Below, one piece after another: positions 50,144 through 61,830 of a stretch of 64,000 bases of DNA. The position numbers and the translations under genes are program-made. The first letter of the stretch is position 1. Each line of letters starts with the position of its first letter. Origin of the DNA: Azolla caroliniana (taxonomy: Eukaryota > Plantae > Polypodiophyta); contig JBHGNT010000002.1 in the NCBI GenBank assembly GCA_043228905.1, positions 24,180,001 through 24,244,000 on the forward strand. The letters run 5' to 3'. Below the pieces are notes generated by a model that searched no databases, was not told the origin of the DNA, and saw nothing but the letters and a program-made list of their open reading frames with translations.

Positions 50144-53100
50144 TATTGAAGACACCGTTATCTAATGCAGAACAAGATCAACACTCTTCTAGGATAAGAT
50201 CATAAATGGATGCAAGATCATAGTTTTGATGGCAACAGGGACAGAAAAAAAGCACTAGTACGCAAGAGAGAGAGACAGTTAGGCCCAATGTCAAGAGTAT
50301 TTTACAAATTAAAACAACCACACACCTAACTAGGCTACAAAGTCAATATATATACTGACTGACTTAGGGCATCTGACCTTCTCACTATTTACATAAATAA
50401 TCTAAGCCTAGTGTGAACAAAGGGCATCTGACTTAGGGCATCTGACCTTCTAATGGATGGTGTGAATACGTCCATTAGAAGCCCGTATTCAACACTTCCC
50501 CGTAATGGGCGTATACATCTGAAATTTCTAAACCAAAATGAATGTACAATACAGATTGATACAAGGTTTCCAAACAATTGGGAATTCGTTTGAGTCGGTT
50601 AACTTCGAAAAGTAGAGGGCCGGATTGGCTGAGTTCGGAGAGACTGAAGCCGAAGTTCGGACTATCCAGGTTTATTTTCCGAGAAACGTCCTGAGTGTCC
50701 GATTTGATCGGACTGATTCTTCATTACGCCCATTCGATGCCTAAGGGATCAAAATCGATCCGCCGGGAGACACTTGGTCATTGCATCCGCAACGTTATCG
50801 GCTGTAGGTACCTTCTCAAGGTCGATTTTCCCTGAAATGACATAGTCCCAAACGAAATGACATCGAACATCGATATTCTTGGAGGCGTTGTGATGAACCA
50901 GATTTTTTGACAGAGCAACAACACCTTGACTATCACTATAAAAAATTGGAGCCGAGCCAATTTCTGCTTGTCGAAATGTGCAGGCTAGCCGACCGAGCCA
51001 TAAGGCCTCTTTGGCCGCATTGGACGCGGCTACATATTCGGCCTCGGTCGTTGATGTGGCGTGCACTCTTGAAGTTTCGATTTCCACAAGATCGCTCCAT
51101 TGCCGAGTTTAAAACAATATCCGGTTGTCGATTTACGACTGTCTACACAACCTGCAAAGTCCGAGTTGATGTTTCCGACTACGCTTGAGATGTCGTTCAA
51201 CCGCAGTTGCCGAACAAGTTCGGCGAGTTCACCAGCATGGCGACCGGAGATGAGCATGTCGTCCACATAGATGATGAGGAAGATGGGTGATCCATTCTGA
51301 GTTGTTTTTGTGAAGAGACAGTGGTCCTCATTGCTCTTTGAGAAGCCGATCGATTGGATGAAGTCGTTGAACTTCTTGTACCATTGTCGTGGCGCTTGTT
51401 TCACGCCGTAAAGACTCTCCCTGAGTCGGCAGACTAGATGTTCTTGGCCAGATACCACGAAGCCTTTCGGTTGTTCCATATAAATTTCCTCTTCAAGATC
51501 ACCATGAAGGAAAGCCGTTTTTACATCTAGCTGAATCAACTCCAATTTCTCGGCTACCACTACGCCGAGCATAAAGTGAAGGGTGGACATTTTCACCACT
51601 GGTGAAAAGATTTTGTCAAAGTCGACGTCGTATCCCTGTAGAAAACCCTTTGCTACTAATCTGGCTTGAATTTCGGGGTGGCCGAATCAGACATCTCGTT
51701 AACTTGATAGACCCACTTACACGGAAGGGCACGTTGATTCTTCGGTAATTCGACCAAGTGTCAAGTGTTGTTTGCACGAATGGAGTTCATTTCAAACTCC
51801 ATTGCCAAATGCCAGGTGGCCGAGTTGGTTGATGTCGATGCTTCTTCGTATGGCGTCGGTTCTCTGGTGTCCGTAAGGAAGATACCAGGAGATATCTCTT
51901 AGGGGGTTGCGACAATCTATCGGATCGTCAAGGCATGACTGTCCTGGTCGCATCGGGTGTCGTGGTCGGATGGTTCAAAGCCGAGTCGTTTGGCTATGCC
52001 GAGTCAGACACTACCGAGTTGGTGTTAGAGGGTTCAACTTCCCGTGAAGCTGACCACTTGTTGTGAGTTGGGCCTTCATGAAGGGTTGGCACATCAGAGA
52101 AAATTACATTTCAGACTTCGATCGGCTTTTCGACCGATTGATACATGGCCGACTCGTTCAATACAACGTTCGAACTTCAGACGATTTGTTTGTGCTCGGG
52201 GTCCCAGAGTCTCGGTATCCCATTTCTTCATCTGGTCCATAAACGAGTAAAATACATTTCTTGGACCTCGATGCAAGTTTGCGGCGATCATCTTTCGGGA
52301 TGAGGGCATACGCCTTGCATCCGTAAATCCTCAGCTTGTCGTAATTCGGCTTACTGCTAGTCCATAATTCTTGAGGGATCCGAAGTCCTAGAGGCCTACT
52401 CGGCGACATATTGATTATGTGTACTGTCGTAAGTAGGGCCTCTGCCCAGAATCCATCCAACAGTCCAGAGTGTTGGAGCATGGAAACTATCCTTTCTTGA
52501 ATTGTCTGATTCATTTGCTCGATAATTCCATTCTGCTCCGGATTGTGGGGTGCCGTAAATTCAGGTCTTATGCCATGTTGTCGGCAAAATTTGTGTTTAC
52601 AGACGTGCATAAAGAACGTGATTGTCATGAAGAAGCACAGAATGTATGATTCGACTTCAAAACTGACATGTAGAGGCATGGAATATATTGTTCTCTGCCT
52701 TGGATGTTGTTTATAGAATAATTTTCAGATTAGTTGTCTATTTTCCTCTATTTTGGAGTTCAAAGTTTTGTTTCCTCAACCATCATCTTATAAAGATGAG
52801 TTGGGGAAAATTTTGTATGCTGTAGTTTTTATGACTTATCTAAAAACTAATGGAAGTATATTTTCTTTTGGAAATTTTTTTTTTAACAAATTCCTTTGAT
52901 TTGAACTCTCCCCCGTTATCAGTCCGAAAGCATTTTAGTTTTCGACCGGATTGATTCTCGACCATAGCGAGCCAATAGGAGGAGATCGAGAACACTCGAT
53001 CTTTCATTTTGATCAGATAAGCCCGCACCTTCCGAGTCAAGTTGTCAATGAAGCTAACAAAATAGAAAGCACTACCGAGAGATTGATGTGGCATAGGGCC

Positions 53101-55465
53101 ACAGATGTCCGAGTGGACCAAATCGAGCGGACTCGATTCTCTTGGGGGGGATGACAGGTGTGTCACGGTTGTCTGTTTGCCGTATTGGCAATGCTCGCAA
53201 AATTGATGATCCGAGAAGGAGAGCTTGGGGATGTATCCGGTTCTAGATAAGTGGGTGATGCCAGCCTTGCTGAAGTGTCTTGAGTCGTCCATGCCATAGT
53301 GATGACACTGGGATGTCACCCAGAAACTAGTTACCCTCTCTGAGTGTGACGTGCAAAGGATACAATGAGTGTATCTTCGGTCCTCTAGCAAGAAGGAGGT
53401 TCCCCCTGTGGAGTGTCCACCTTCCTGATGAAAAATCGGCACGAATGTCGTCTTCATCCAATTGTCTGACCAAGATCAGTGGACTTGAGAGCTCAGGTAA
53501 ATGTCGGACATTGCGTAGTACTAATGTAGAGCCACCCACAAGGTTGAGCTCTATCGTGCCAATTCCAATTATCTTGTAGTGTTGTGAATTTCCTACTCGA
53601 ACTGAGTCGGAATGTCGGGTCATGTACTGCCTGAATTGGGATCGATGAGGAGTCACATGAAAGGACGCACCCAAATCTAAGAGCCATGTGCACAATTCTT
53701 CAGTCGTAAGTAGAACTTCTGATTCGACTGGGTTCTCATTTGATAGTATGTTCGAGTCGTTTGATAATACTTCGGCTGTAGAGCCGACGTAGTTGATCTC
53801 CTCGTGTCGGCCACTCTTCTGATCGGCTCGCTGAGCCTTATCGTTTTTGGCCTTGAGTGCACGACAATCGGCATTGATGTGTTTGAGTCTCTTACAGTAG
53901 TTGCAGACTTGATTATCTCGGCACTTGCTCCAACTTTGCTGATTGTTCGGTTGGCGTGAAGAACTTCTTCCACGGCAGTTCGATCGGTCGGTCGAACCTT
54001 GTACTACGTAAGCGTTGTTGGCTGAATCGTTTGCAAATGATTTTCTCCAAGCTACTTCAGTTAGAATTGTAATCGTGACTGAGGAGTACTTGACGGTAGT
54101 TGTCGACACATTGCACACGGTTGTAACGAAAGTTTCCCACGAAGGAGGGAGACTACTCATGAGCAACATTGATTTTAGTTCATCCTCGATAGTCGCCCCT
54201 TGTGCCACAATTTGGGAGCTTAATCTTTCGTACTCGTTTAGGTGTGCTTGGACCAAGTCAGACTCTTTCATCCAAAGGTTATAAAGGCACTGAATCAAGT
54301 ATATCTTGGTGGCGGCGACCTTCTTTTCGTAAGTGTCCGAAAGTGTCTTCCATAGTTGGAAGGTAGTCGAACACGATTGCACCGTGAAGTAGACAGACTC
54401 CGATAGGTGCATTTGGATGGTGGCTCGGATGATTCTGTCCAGCTTTTCCCATTCAAGCGGCTTGTATCCTTCTGGAGGGTCTTTATTCTCAATAGGGTCA
54501 AATTTCCCCTTGACTATTAAATAGTCCTGCATCTGCTCCTTCCAGAAGTTGAAGTTTGATCCGTCAAACTTCCTTAGACTCATCTCTGACGAGCCTGATG
54601 TTGATGCCATCTATGTTGGTTTAATAGACTTTGTCTGGAGTCAGCTATGAACTATGGTGGAATGCAGCAACCAGGCTCACTCGATGTCGTTCTAGCTGGA
54701 GTTGGACACAAGTCGTGTCGGTTTTGAATATAGATGAATCCTGTTCGGAGTGACTACAGTCAACTGACTTAGTCGAATTGAACCCGGATTTGATTGTTCT
54801 ATTTCGAATGTCGATTTTTTGAGATTTCCCAACATGGATTATGTGCGATTCTCTAGGTCGATCCTGTTTCGGGTAACTACAACGATGAGAGGACGGAGCC
54901 AACTGGTCCTCCCGAGTGTCGTTCAGCCGAATGAAGCATAGATTGGGGTAGTCGTGTTTGCTTCGAGCGGTTACGGCATGTGAGGGGATAACGTCAGATG
55001 ACCTATTATTTCTGCCTAACCGAGTGAGGCACGGGTGTAGCCTGATCAAGGGAAGGGTCTCACTCCGAGCGACGACTATCATAGAGCGAAGTGCAGCTGA
55101 CTTACTTACTTCAAGAGTGATATCGAATAGTGGAGTGCAGACCTTCAGTTGTCTCTCTTCGTCAAATGTGATTTCAGGAGGAGTTTTGATGCAAGGATAA
55201 GATCATACATGGATGCAAGATCATAGTTTTGATGCCAGTAGAGACAGAAAAAAAGCACTAGTACGCAAGAGAAAGAGACAGTTAGGCACAATGTCAAGAG
55301 TATTTTACAACTTAAAACAACCACACACCTAACTAGGTTACAAAGTCAGTGTATATATTGACCGACTTAGGGCAGCTGCCCTTCTCACTATTTACATAAT
55401 AGCCTAAGCCTGGTGTGAACAAAGGAGACGGTGTGAATACGTCCATTAGAAGCCCGTATTCAACA
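50144..55465 (-). mobile_element. Ty1/copia element G
   Basis: TSD CACAC. LTRs 50144-50494 and 55194-55465 (inner end and PBS deleted). gag-PR ORF 53327-54610, IN 52158-53300, RT 51190-51900, RH 50720-51190. Confidence 0.9.
52593..52884 (+). other. about 290-bp AT-rich insertion with T10 tail in copia G integrase
   Basis: Interrupts GGEFKSKEFV|KFCRQHGI exactly. Confidence 0.75.
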
Positions 55466-55594
55466 CACACAAGAGAGTAAAACCAGCCTAGTTAGGTTCT
55501 TACTTCTTACTCAATTTATAGTTCATACAAAGGTACCAATTTGTTGGCTTAGCTAAAAAGGGTGTGCTAAGAGGGTGGGTCGTCTTAGGTACAT

Positions 55595-57303
55595 AAGGAA
55601 GTCCGGTCCTACGGGATCCCCACACTGAACCAGAGACTCTGATTGTTCGACCAATGTGGCAACATGAGACCGAGAGAGGTTGGTGGCGGCGGGAAACGGG
55701 ACCCGACTACGCGGAAGACACGAGGAGAATCCGGGAGGGACTCAAACAAAGACACCCTGAATTTCGGCAAGCAACGAAATGAAGACCGGTCCTATGGGAT
55801 CTTCACACCGGTTCCGGAGACCCCGGTTGTTCGTCCAACGTGGCAATGTAAGACCGAGGGAGAAGGAAGGTGGCGACAAGGGATGGGACCTGGCATCGAC
55901 AAAGGTCGGTAAGACGGGACAGACGAAGTGCGGAGCCCTTACCGGTCGGTTACGATAGCGGAAGGAGCTGGTAGGGCAAACCAGGGGAGGTGTGTCGGGC
56001 CGGAAAGGCACACCTGGGACGGAACAAGAGTCTCGCAAGTGGCCATCGTGGGCCGGATCGAAGCGTGACTACTGGACGGTGTTCGGCACAGGCGGTGCCG
56101 AACAAAGGAAGCGAAAGACGGCACAAGGGAGGTGTCGGGAACGAGGTGACGGGTGCTTAGTGGACTGCACAGGGTCGGAGTCAGGGGATGGCAAGAGAGG
56201 CCGGAGGAGGATCCTCCACACTTGCTTCGTAGATCTCGGTAGCTCCGTTGAAGTAGCGAAGACTAACACGGCAAGCCCGTGGTGACAAGCTGGTGGGGGC
56301 GAGGGGACGACGGCAAGCAGAAGACTCAGAACCTGTTGCAGAAGCACGAAGACGGGAAGGGCCAAGCGGGCTACTCCGGGGTGTTCCTCGGATGCGGAGG
56401 AAACCGGTATGCGGGTGAGCGGCGATGCACGATCTGGCTGGGAAAGGGGCCGACAAGGCGTGCAATGAACCGGAGTATGACACAAGCAGTGCCAAACAAC
56501 GGACGAGGGTATGCGGCACACGGAGGTGCCGGAGCGGAAAGGTGAGCGCGAAGATGGGTTGCGCGGTTCGGAGGTAGCGCGTAGAAGGCCAGAAAAGGAT
56601 CCTCCACACCGTTCCGGAGACCATGGCGGTTTGAGCCGACGCGGCGACGTAAGACCATGGAGAAGGAAGGTGGCGGCAAGAGGACGAAGGCAATGCGAAG
56701 CAACATGGGACGGCAATCAGGACAACACGAATGGTCGACGGAGGCCAAGCGGGCCGCTACGGGCGTTCCTCAAGCGGAGGACATCGAGCATACAGCGGAG
56801 AACGGAGCGTGCATACGGCCAAACAAGGGCCAGCGGAAGTACGTGTACTACGGAGATCGCGGTGAAGGACCCATCAATGGGTCGAACGAGCCTACGGGGA
56901 GGTAAGCGCGAAGGGAGAACCGAAGCCGATGGTTCAAACCGACAGGGAGCCAGGATGCGGATTACGGAAGACCGGTTTCTCACCGGCCAAAATCTCTCAC
57001 CCTTCACCGGATTTGGCATGTACCGGTGGACGTGCGGTTAGGTGGGGGTGGATTTCGTGAAGAATTTCATCCAGAGGCGGAAACCAAGAAATATTGGCTA
57101 AATCGGCGGGGTGCACCATGTGCACTAACCCTCGTGTAATTGTGTGAATAATAGGAGTTAAGTCGGGACGAAGAATCCCATGTAAATCGGGATTTATCCC
57201 ACATTGTAACGCATCCCTCTCCTTGTTCTATAAAAGGAAGGGATGGTCCCTTGTAGAAGGGTTGCCCATTTGTATTAGTAGGGTATACCGTTATACGGAA
57301 TGA

Positions 57304-57351
<48 letters not shown>

Positions 57352-57845
57352 TTAGGGTTTCTTCTTCTTGCTCCCCTCTGCTTCTTCTTCTTCTTCGTCC
57401 TTCTGTGCGTCGAGCCTTGGCATCTAGCGTTCCAGTTTTCTGCCCTGTACTCTGTGCAAGACCTGCTCGGCGCGACAAGCCCGAGAGCTCCCCGACTGGC
57501 GGCTTGGCAGTAGACAATGGTTGTATCTTATGCGGCCTAGGTCCGGCTTGAAGTCGGTGTTGAATCTCGTTGTCTTGTAAATACATATACATGTGGTTGT
57601 GGATATTCGGGTCTCTATTGGTGTGCGTGTGTGTGTCTTAGTGTTTCTTTCTTGCTTATGTACATGTTCGTGCGAGTGTCAATGTTGCATGCCTGCTCGT
57701 TCACTCGCTCTCCCTTTGGTTGCTTCCGGTGTGCTCCTGGGGTGCCTCGGAAAGGGTGAAGCGCGGCTTCCTACGCTCCGTCACTCCCTAGTCCAAGACC
57801 CCCGTGGTCCGGCCTTTCTACACGCAGGCGCGTAACAACGCGACA
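55595..57845 (+). mobile_element. 3' part of RT-less gypsy derivative H (F-like internal region plus 3' LTR 57053-57845)
   Basis: 56000-56910 is homologous to F 40920-41600. Stem-loop plus PPT at 57016-57052. LTR ends CGCGACA followed by CCGG; (CT)n at 57307-57347. Confidence 0.75.
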
Positions 57846-60800
57846 CCGGCAAGGGAAATCTGTCACGGAATGCTGGTACTGTGGCAAAAAAGGCCATAAG
57901 GAGAGCGAGTGCTGGAAGAAGTGCGCCGATTTGGAGAGGACCGGATCCGGATCAGTTTCCGGACAGACCGACAAAGGAAATCGGCAGTGATCGCACTACG
58001 CCAAAGGATCCGGAAAAGCCGGAAAAGGGTCAGTCTTCGTGACGACACACAAAGAAAACTCGATGAAGAAGATCACCCCAAAGTCGGACGAGGTGTGGTA
58101 CGTCGACTCCGGCGCGTCAAACCACATGACGTACCACAAGGAGTGGTTCTCGTACCTTGAAAAACCGATGCAACCGGAAATAGTCGCAACCGGAGATGAC
58201 ACTCCGCATCCAATCGCGAATGTCGGTGAAGTTCCCTTGAGCCATGTCGGGCAGAAAGGGAAACTTATGAATGTGTTACACGTCCCGACAATCACGAAGA
58301 ATCTGGTGTCGGTCGGGCAGATTGTCGACCAGGGGATGCAAGTCCAGTTCACGCATCTTGGGTGCTTCATCGAGGAAGAAGGTCGAGTTATTGCGCAAGG
58401 ACGTAGAGACGGGAGGATGTTTATCCTCGATTCTTGTGACGGTGGCACCGCAATGTTCGCAAAAGGACAAAAAGTCAAGTCGTATATCGACTTATGGCAC
58501 AAGCAGATAGGCCACGTCAACTATCAACGGCTTCAGGACCTGCAATCGAAACAAGTGGTGTTCGGATTGCCCAAATTTAGTGGCCGGAAGGCACGAATTT
58601 GTGAAGCCTGCCAGCTAGGGAAGCAACCCCGACTTCCTTTCCCTAACGAGCATAACTGGAGCCGAAACAAGCTCGACTTGATACATTCCGATGTATGGGG
58701 GCCAACACAGAACGTTAGTCTTGGCAGGAGTCGATATTTTGTCTCCTTCATCGAGGACTATACGCGGCACACGTGGATCTACCTCATCAAGAAGAAGAGT
58801 GAAGTCTTCGACTAATTCTGGGACCTCAAAGGGTTAGTGGAAACGGAAACAAGACAAAAGATCAAGTGCTTGCGGTCGGATGGCGGAAAAGAGTACTTTT
58901 CCGGTCAATTCAACGGCTATCTGCAACAAATGGGAATTCGGCGTGAATTCAGTTGTAGATACACGCCAAAGCAAAACGGCGTGGCCAAGAGGAAGAACTG
59001 GTCAATTGTAGAAGCGGCATGGGCAATGATGGAGGAAAAGAGCTTGCCCAAGTTCTATTGGGCCAAGGCAGTATGAACCGCAATATACGTCCAGAATCAG
59101 ATCGGAGAAAAAGTGTCGGCGCATGAGCTATACTTCGGAACGAAGCCGAATCTGCGACACTTAAGAGTTTTTGGTAGCATTGCGTATGTGCATGTACCGA
59201 AGGAGAAGCGGAGGAAGTTGGACGCGAAAGCTAAGATGTGTATCTTGGTTGGCTATTCGGACGAGCAGAAGGGTTATAAGTGTTATAACCCTCGCACCAA
59301 ACAAGCGCGCGTGAGCCGTGACGTTGTGTTTGCGCCGGTCGGGAAGATGACGACCGTCCGTCTTTTGCTCGCGGTGGGTGTGGCAAAGGAGTGGCATTTA
59401 CATTAGATGGATGTAAAGAATGCATTCCTGCAAGGTGAACTTGAGGAACAGGTGTACATGGTACAACCCCCCGGATTTCACTCCGGAACGAACACTTCGG
59501 CGGTGTGTCGATTGAAAGAGTTCCTTTATGGACTAAAGCAAGCCCCGCGTGCCTGGAACGCGAAGATCACGCAATGATTGCGTCGGATGGGCTTTGCGAC
59601 GTAAAATCGGACTCCTCACTATTCATCCGGAAAGGTCAACTCGGGCTAGTTAGTATTTTACTTTATGTTGATGACTTGGTCATCACCGGTGCCGACCTTG
59701 GTGAAATTGACCACGTAAAGCTCCAACTCGCGGCATCATTTGACATGAAGGACCTGGGGGACCTTCATTATTTCCTCGGGATCGAAGTGATCCGTACCCC
59801 CGAAGGCATACTGATCAGCCAACGGCATTATGCGTTCAGTGTGCTCTTCAAATTCGGGATGGCTGGCTATAAGACCGTGTCTCGACTCCTCTGGATAGAA
59901 TCGTCAAGCTTCGGCCTGATTCCGCAAAGGTATGCGACCCCGACAATGTTTCGACAGATAGTCGGAAGCCTTATATACTTGACCATCACCCGACCAGCTC
60001 TCAGCTACCCAGTTGGGATGATTAGACTGGGCCGGCAACGTCGTCGATCGCCGATCCATGTCCGGTCTCGCGTTCTCTCTCAGGAGTGCCACGATCGCGT
60101 GGAGTAGCATGAAGCAGCCAACATTTGCGTTGTCGAGCACCGAAGCCGAGTATAGAGGAGTGGATATCGCGACATGTGAAGCCATATGGTTGAAGCGGCT
60201 ACTTACGGATCTGCAGGTGGAGGTATGCGATCCAACGACAATCTACTGCGACAACCTCAGCAGCATCCAGCTAGCTAAGAACCCCGTCTTCCACGCCCGG
60301 ACTAAGCACATTGAGGTGCACTACCATTTCGTCCATGAGCGTGTCCTCTCCGGTGAAGTCGAACTTCAGTAAGTTCAGACGGATCGGCAGAACGCTGACA
60401 TCTTCACCAAGCCTCTTGGTCTGTACAAGTTGCGGTAATTCTCGGGTGCGCTTGGGTTGCGTCACCTCGACGTGCCGAACTTGAGGGGGAGAGACATCCG
60501 TGACGCCGAGTCGGATGACGAATTCGATTTCGGATCGGCTGAAGAAGTCGAGGGCAGATCCGCGGAAGAGTCTGAAAATGGACATAAAGGGAGCAATCAA
60601 AAGAAAGAGTTGAAGCCAACCAAATGTGGGGGAGATGAAGCCATCAGGGGCCGAGAAGACCGAAGACGAGTTGGAGACAACCAACTCGGACGAGAGCGAA
60701 AACCGATTGGAGGAAGCCAAGTCGGTTTGGATGTTTGATTCGGATTCGCTGAATCAACCAAGGGCCAAGTGGAAGAGAAGGCAGCAGAAGAGGTGCCAAC

Positions 60801-60904
60801 ACCACAACATCAAGGAAGCTAAGAAGGGTCGTGTAAGCAGACAAGCCGACCGGAAGGGTCGAGGCGCGCGGAATCGAACGGGTCGAGGAGCGCGAGCGAG
60901 GCGT
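57846..60904 (+). mobile_element. Ty1/copia element I (B family), internally deleted, cut by H and J
   Basis: CWYCGKKGHKESEC, WYVDSGAS, IN, RT, RH. Deletions near 59330 and 60023. Confidence 0.9.
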
Positions 60905-60961
60905 TGTCGTGAAGAATGTGCTTCACGATATAAAAATGAGCTTAAATGTTGTATTTAATAA

Positions 60962-61023
60962 TATTTGAGAGACTTGAACCCACATCCTTATATATGATGT
61001 ACAATGTACATACCACTAGGCTA
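60962..61023 (-). promoter_or_regulatory. tRNA-like Pol III A/B-box module 1 in J U3
   Basis: TAGCCTAGTGGTATG...AAGGATGTGGGTTCAAGTCTCTC. Confidence 0.6.
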
Positions 61024-61096
61024 GGCTATTTATTTGTAAAAGTGTGTTATAAATGTGCCTCATGATATAAGAATGAAGCTATATATTGTATTAAGT

Positions 61097-61162
61097 AAAA
61101 TTGAGGGACTTGAACCCTCAACCTTGTATACCAAGCACCAAGCATACACCACTAAGCTAGGT
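61097..61162 (-). promoter_or_regulatory. tRNA-like Pol III A/B-box module 2 in J U3
   Basis: TAGCTTAGTGGTGTATGCTTGGTGCT...AAGGTT GAGGG TTCAAGT CCCTC AATTTT: perfect T-arm followed by a T4 terminator. Confidence 0.7.
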
Positions 61163-61830
61163 TAGTTATTTTAGAATGCATTTTCATCATTATACTTATC
61201 CCATATCTATTTTCATACATAGCCATCATTCATCACATGCAATGCATGTGCGCCAAATGGTGATCATGCATTACATGTAACTCATGCATTGCATGCATGC
61301 CATGCTCCCATACATTACCATATGCATGGCAACACTTATATAAAGAGGGGAAAGGGAAAACAAGGGAGGAATCAAGAGAAAGTTAGAGAAATAAGATAAT
61401 CAAAAAAACAAACAAGTTAGCTTGTTGGTGAAGAGGCTCGTGTTTCCAAGTTGGAGTCAAGAGTTCGAATCAAGGGTCGGTAGAGAAAGGGTTCATCTTG
61501 CTACCAAACATTGTAAAGTTGGTAAAATCTTGTATTCGTAATACACATCATGTTCATATCATATACTTTTTTGTCTTAAATCATACTTTGTCTCTATCTT
61601 GCGTCTTGAATCATACATTGCCTCTATCTTTTATCTATACTAGTCTCTCTCTCACACATATTACTTTAAACTATTATTCTTCATATCCTTTATCTTCCTA
61701 ACATTTGAGCGCAAGCCTTATAAAAGTTCCTTCAACTCCCCTTAACCTTAGTCCCTGCGACTTCGCCGCACGAACCACAACTACCCCGACACATTTGGTG
61801 AACCCGACGTGAAGGCGGTGACGAGGAGAA

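Larger units (their letters stand above)
49393..55594 (-). mobile_element. TRIM-like miniature LTR element (about 0.9 kb without nested copia G)
   Basis: 3' LTR 49393-49588 (TGTGA...CCACA). PPT AGGGGGGAAA. PBS TGGTGGAGAAGCGGGCA (50110-50126, tRNA-Ala-like). 5' LTR 50130-50143 plus 55471-55594 (truncated). Confidence 0.8.

Noticed and set aside
61097-61162. Functional tRNA genes at the A/B-box modules
   Set aside because: No convincing acceptor stem or canonical anticodon arm; reported as tRNA-like promoters only.
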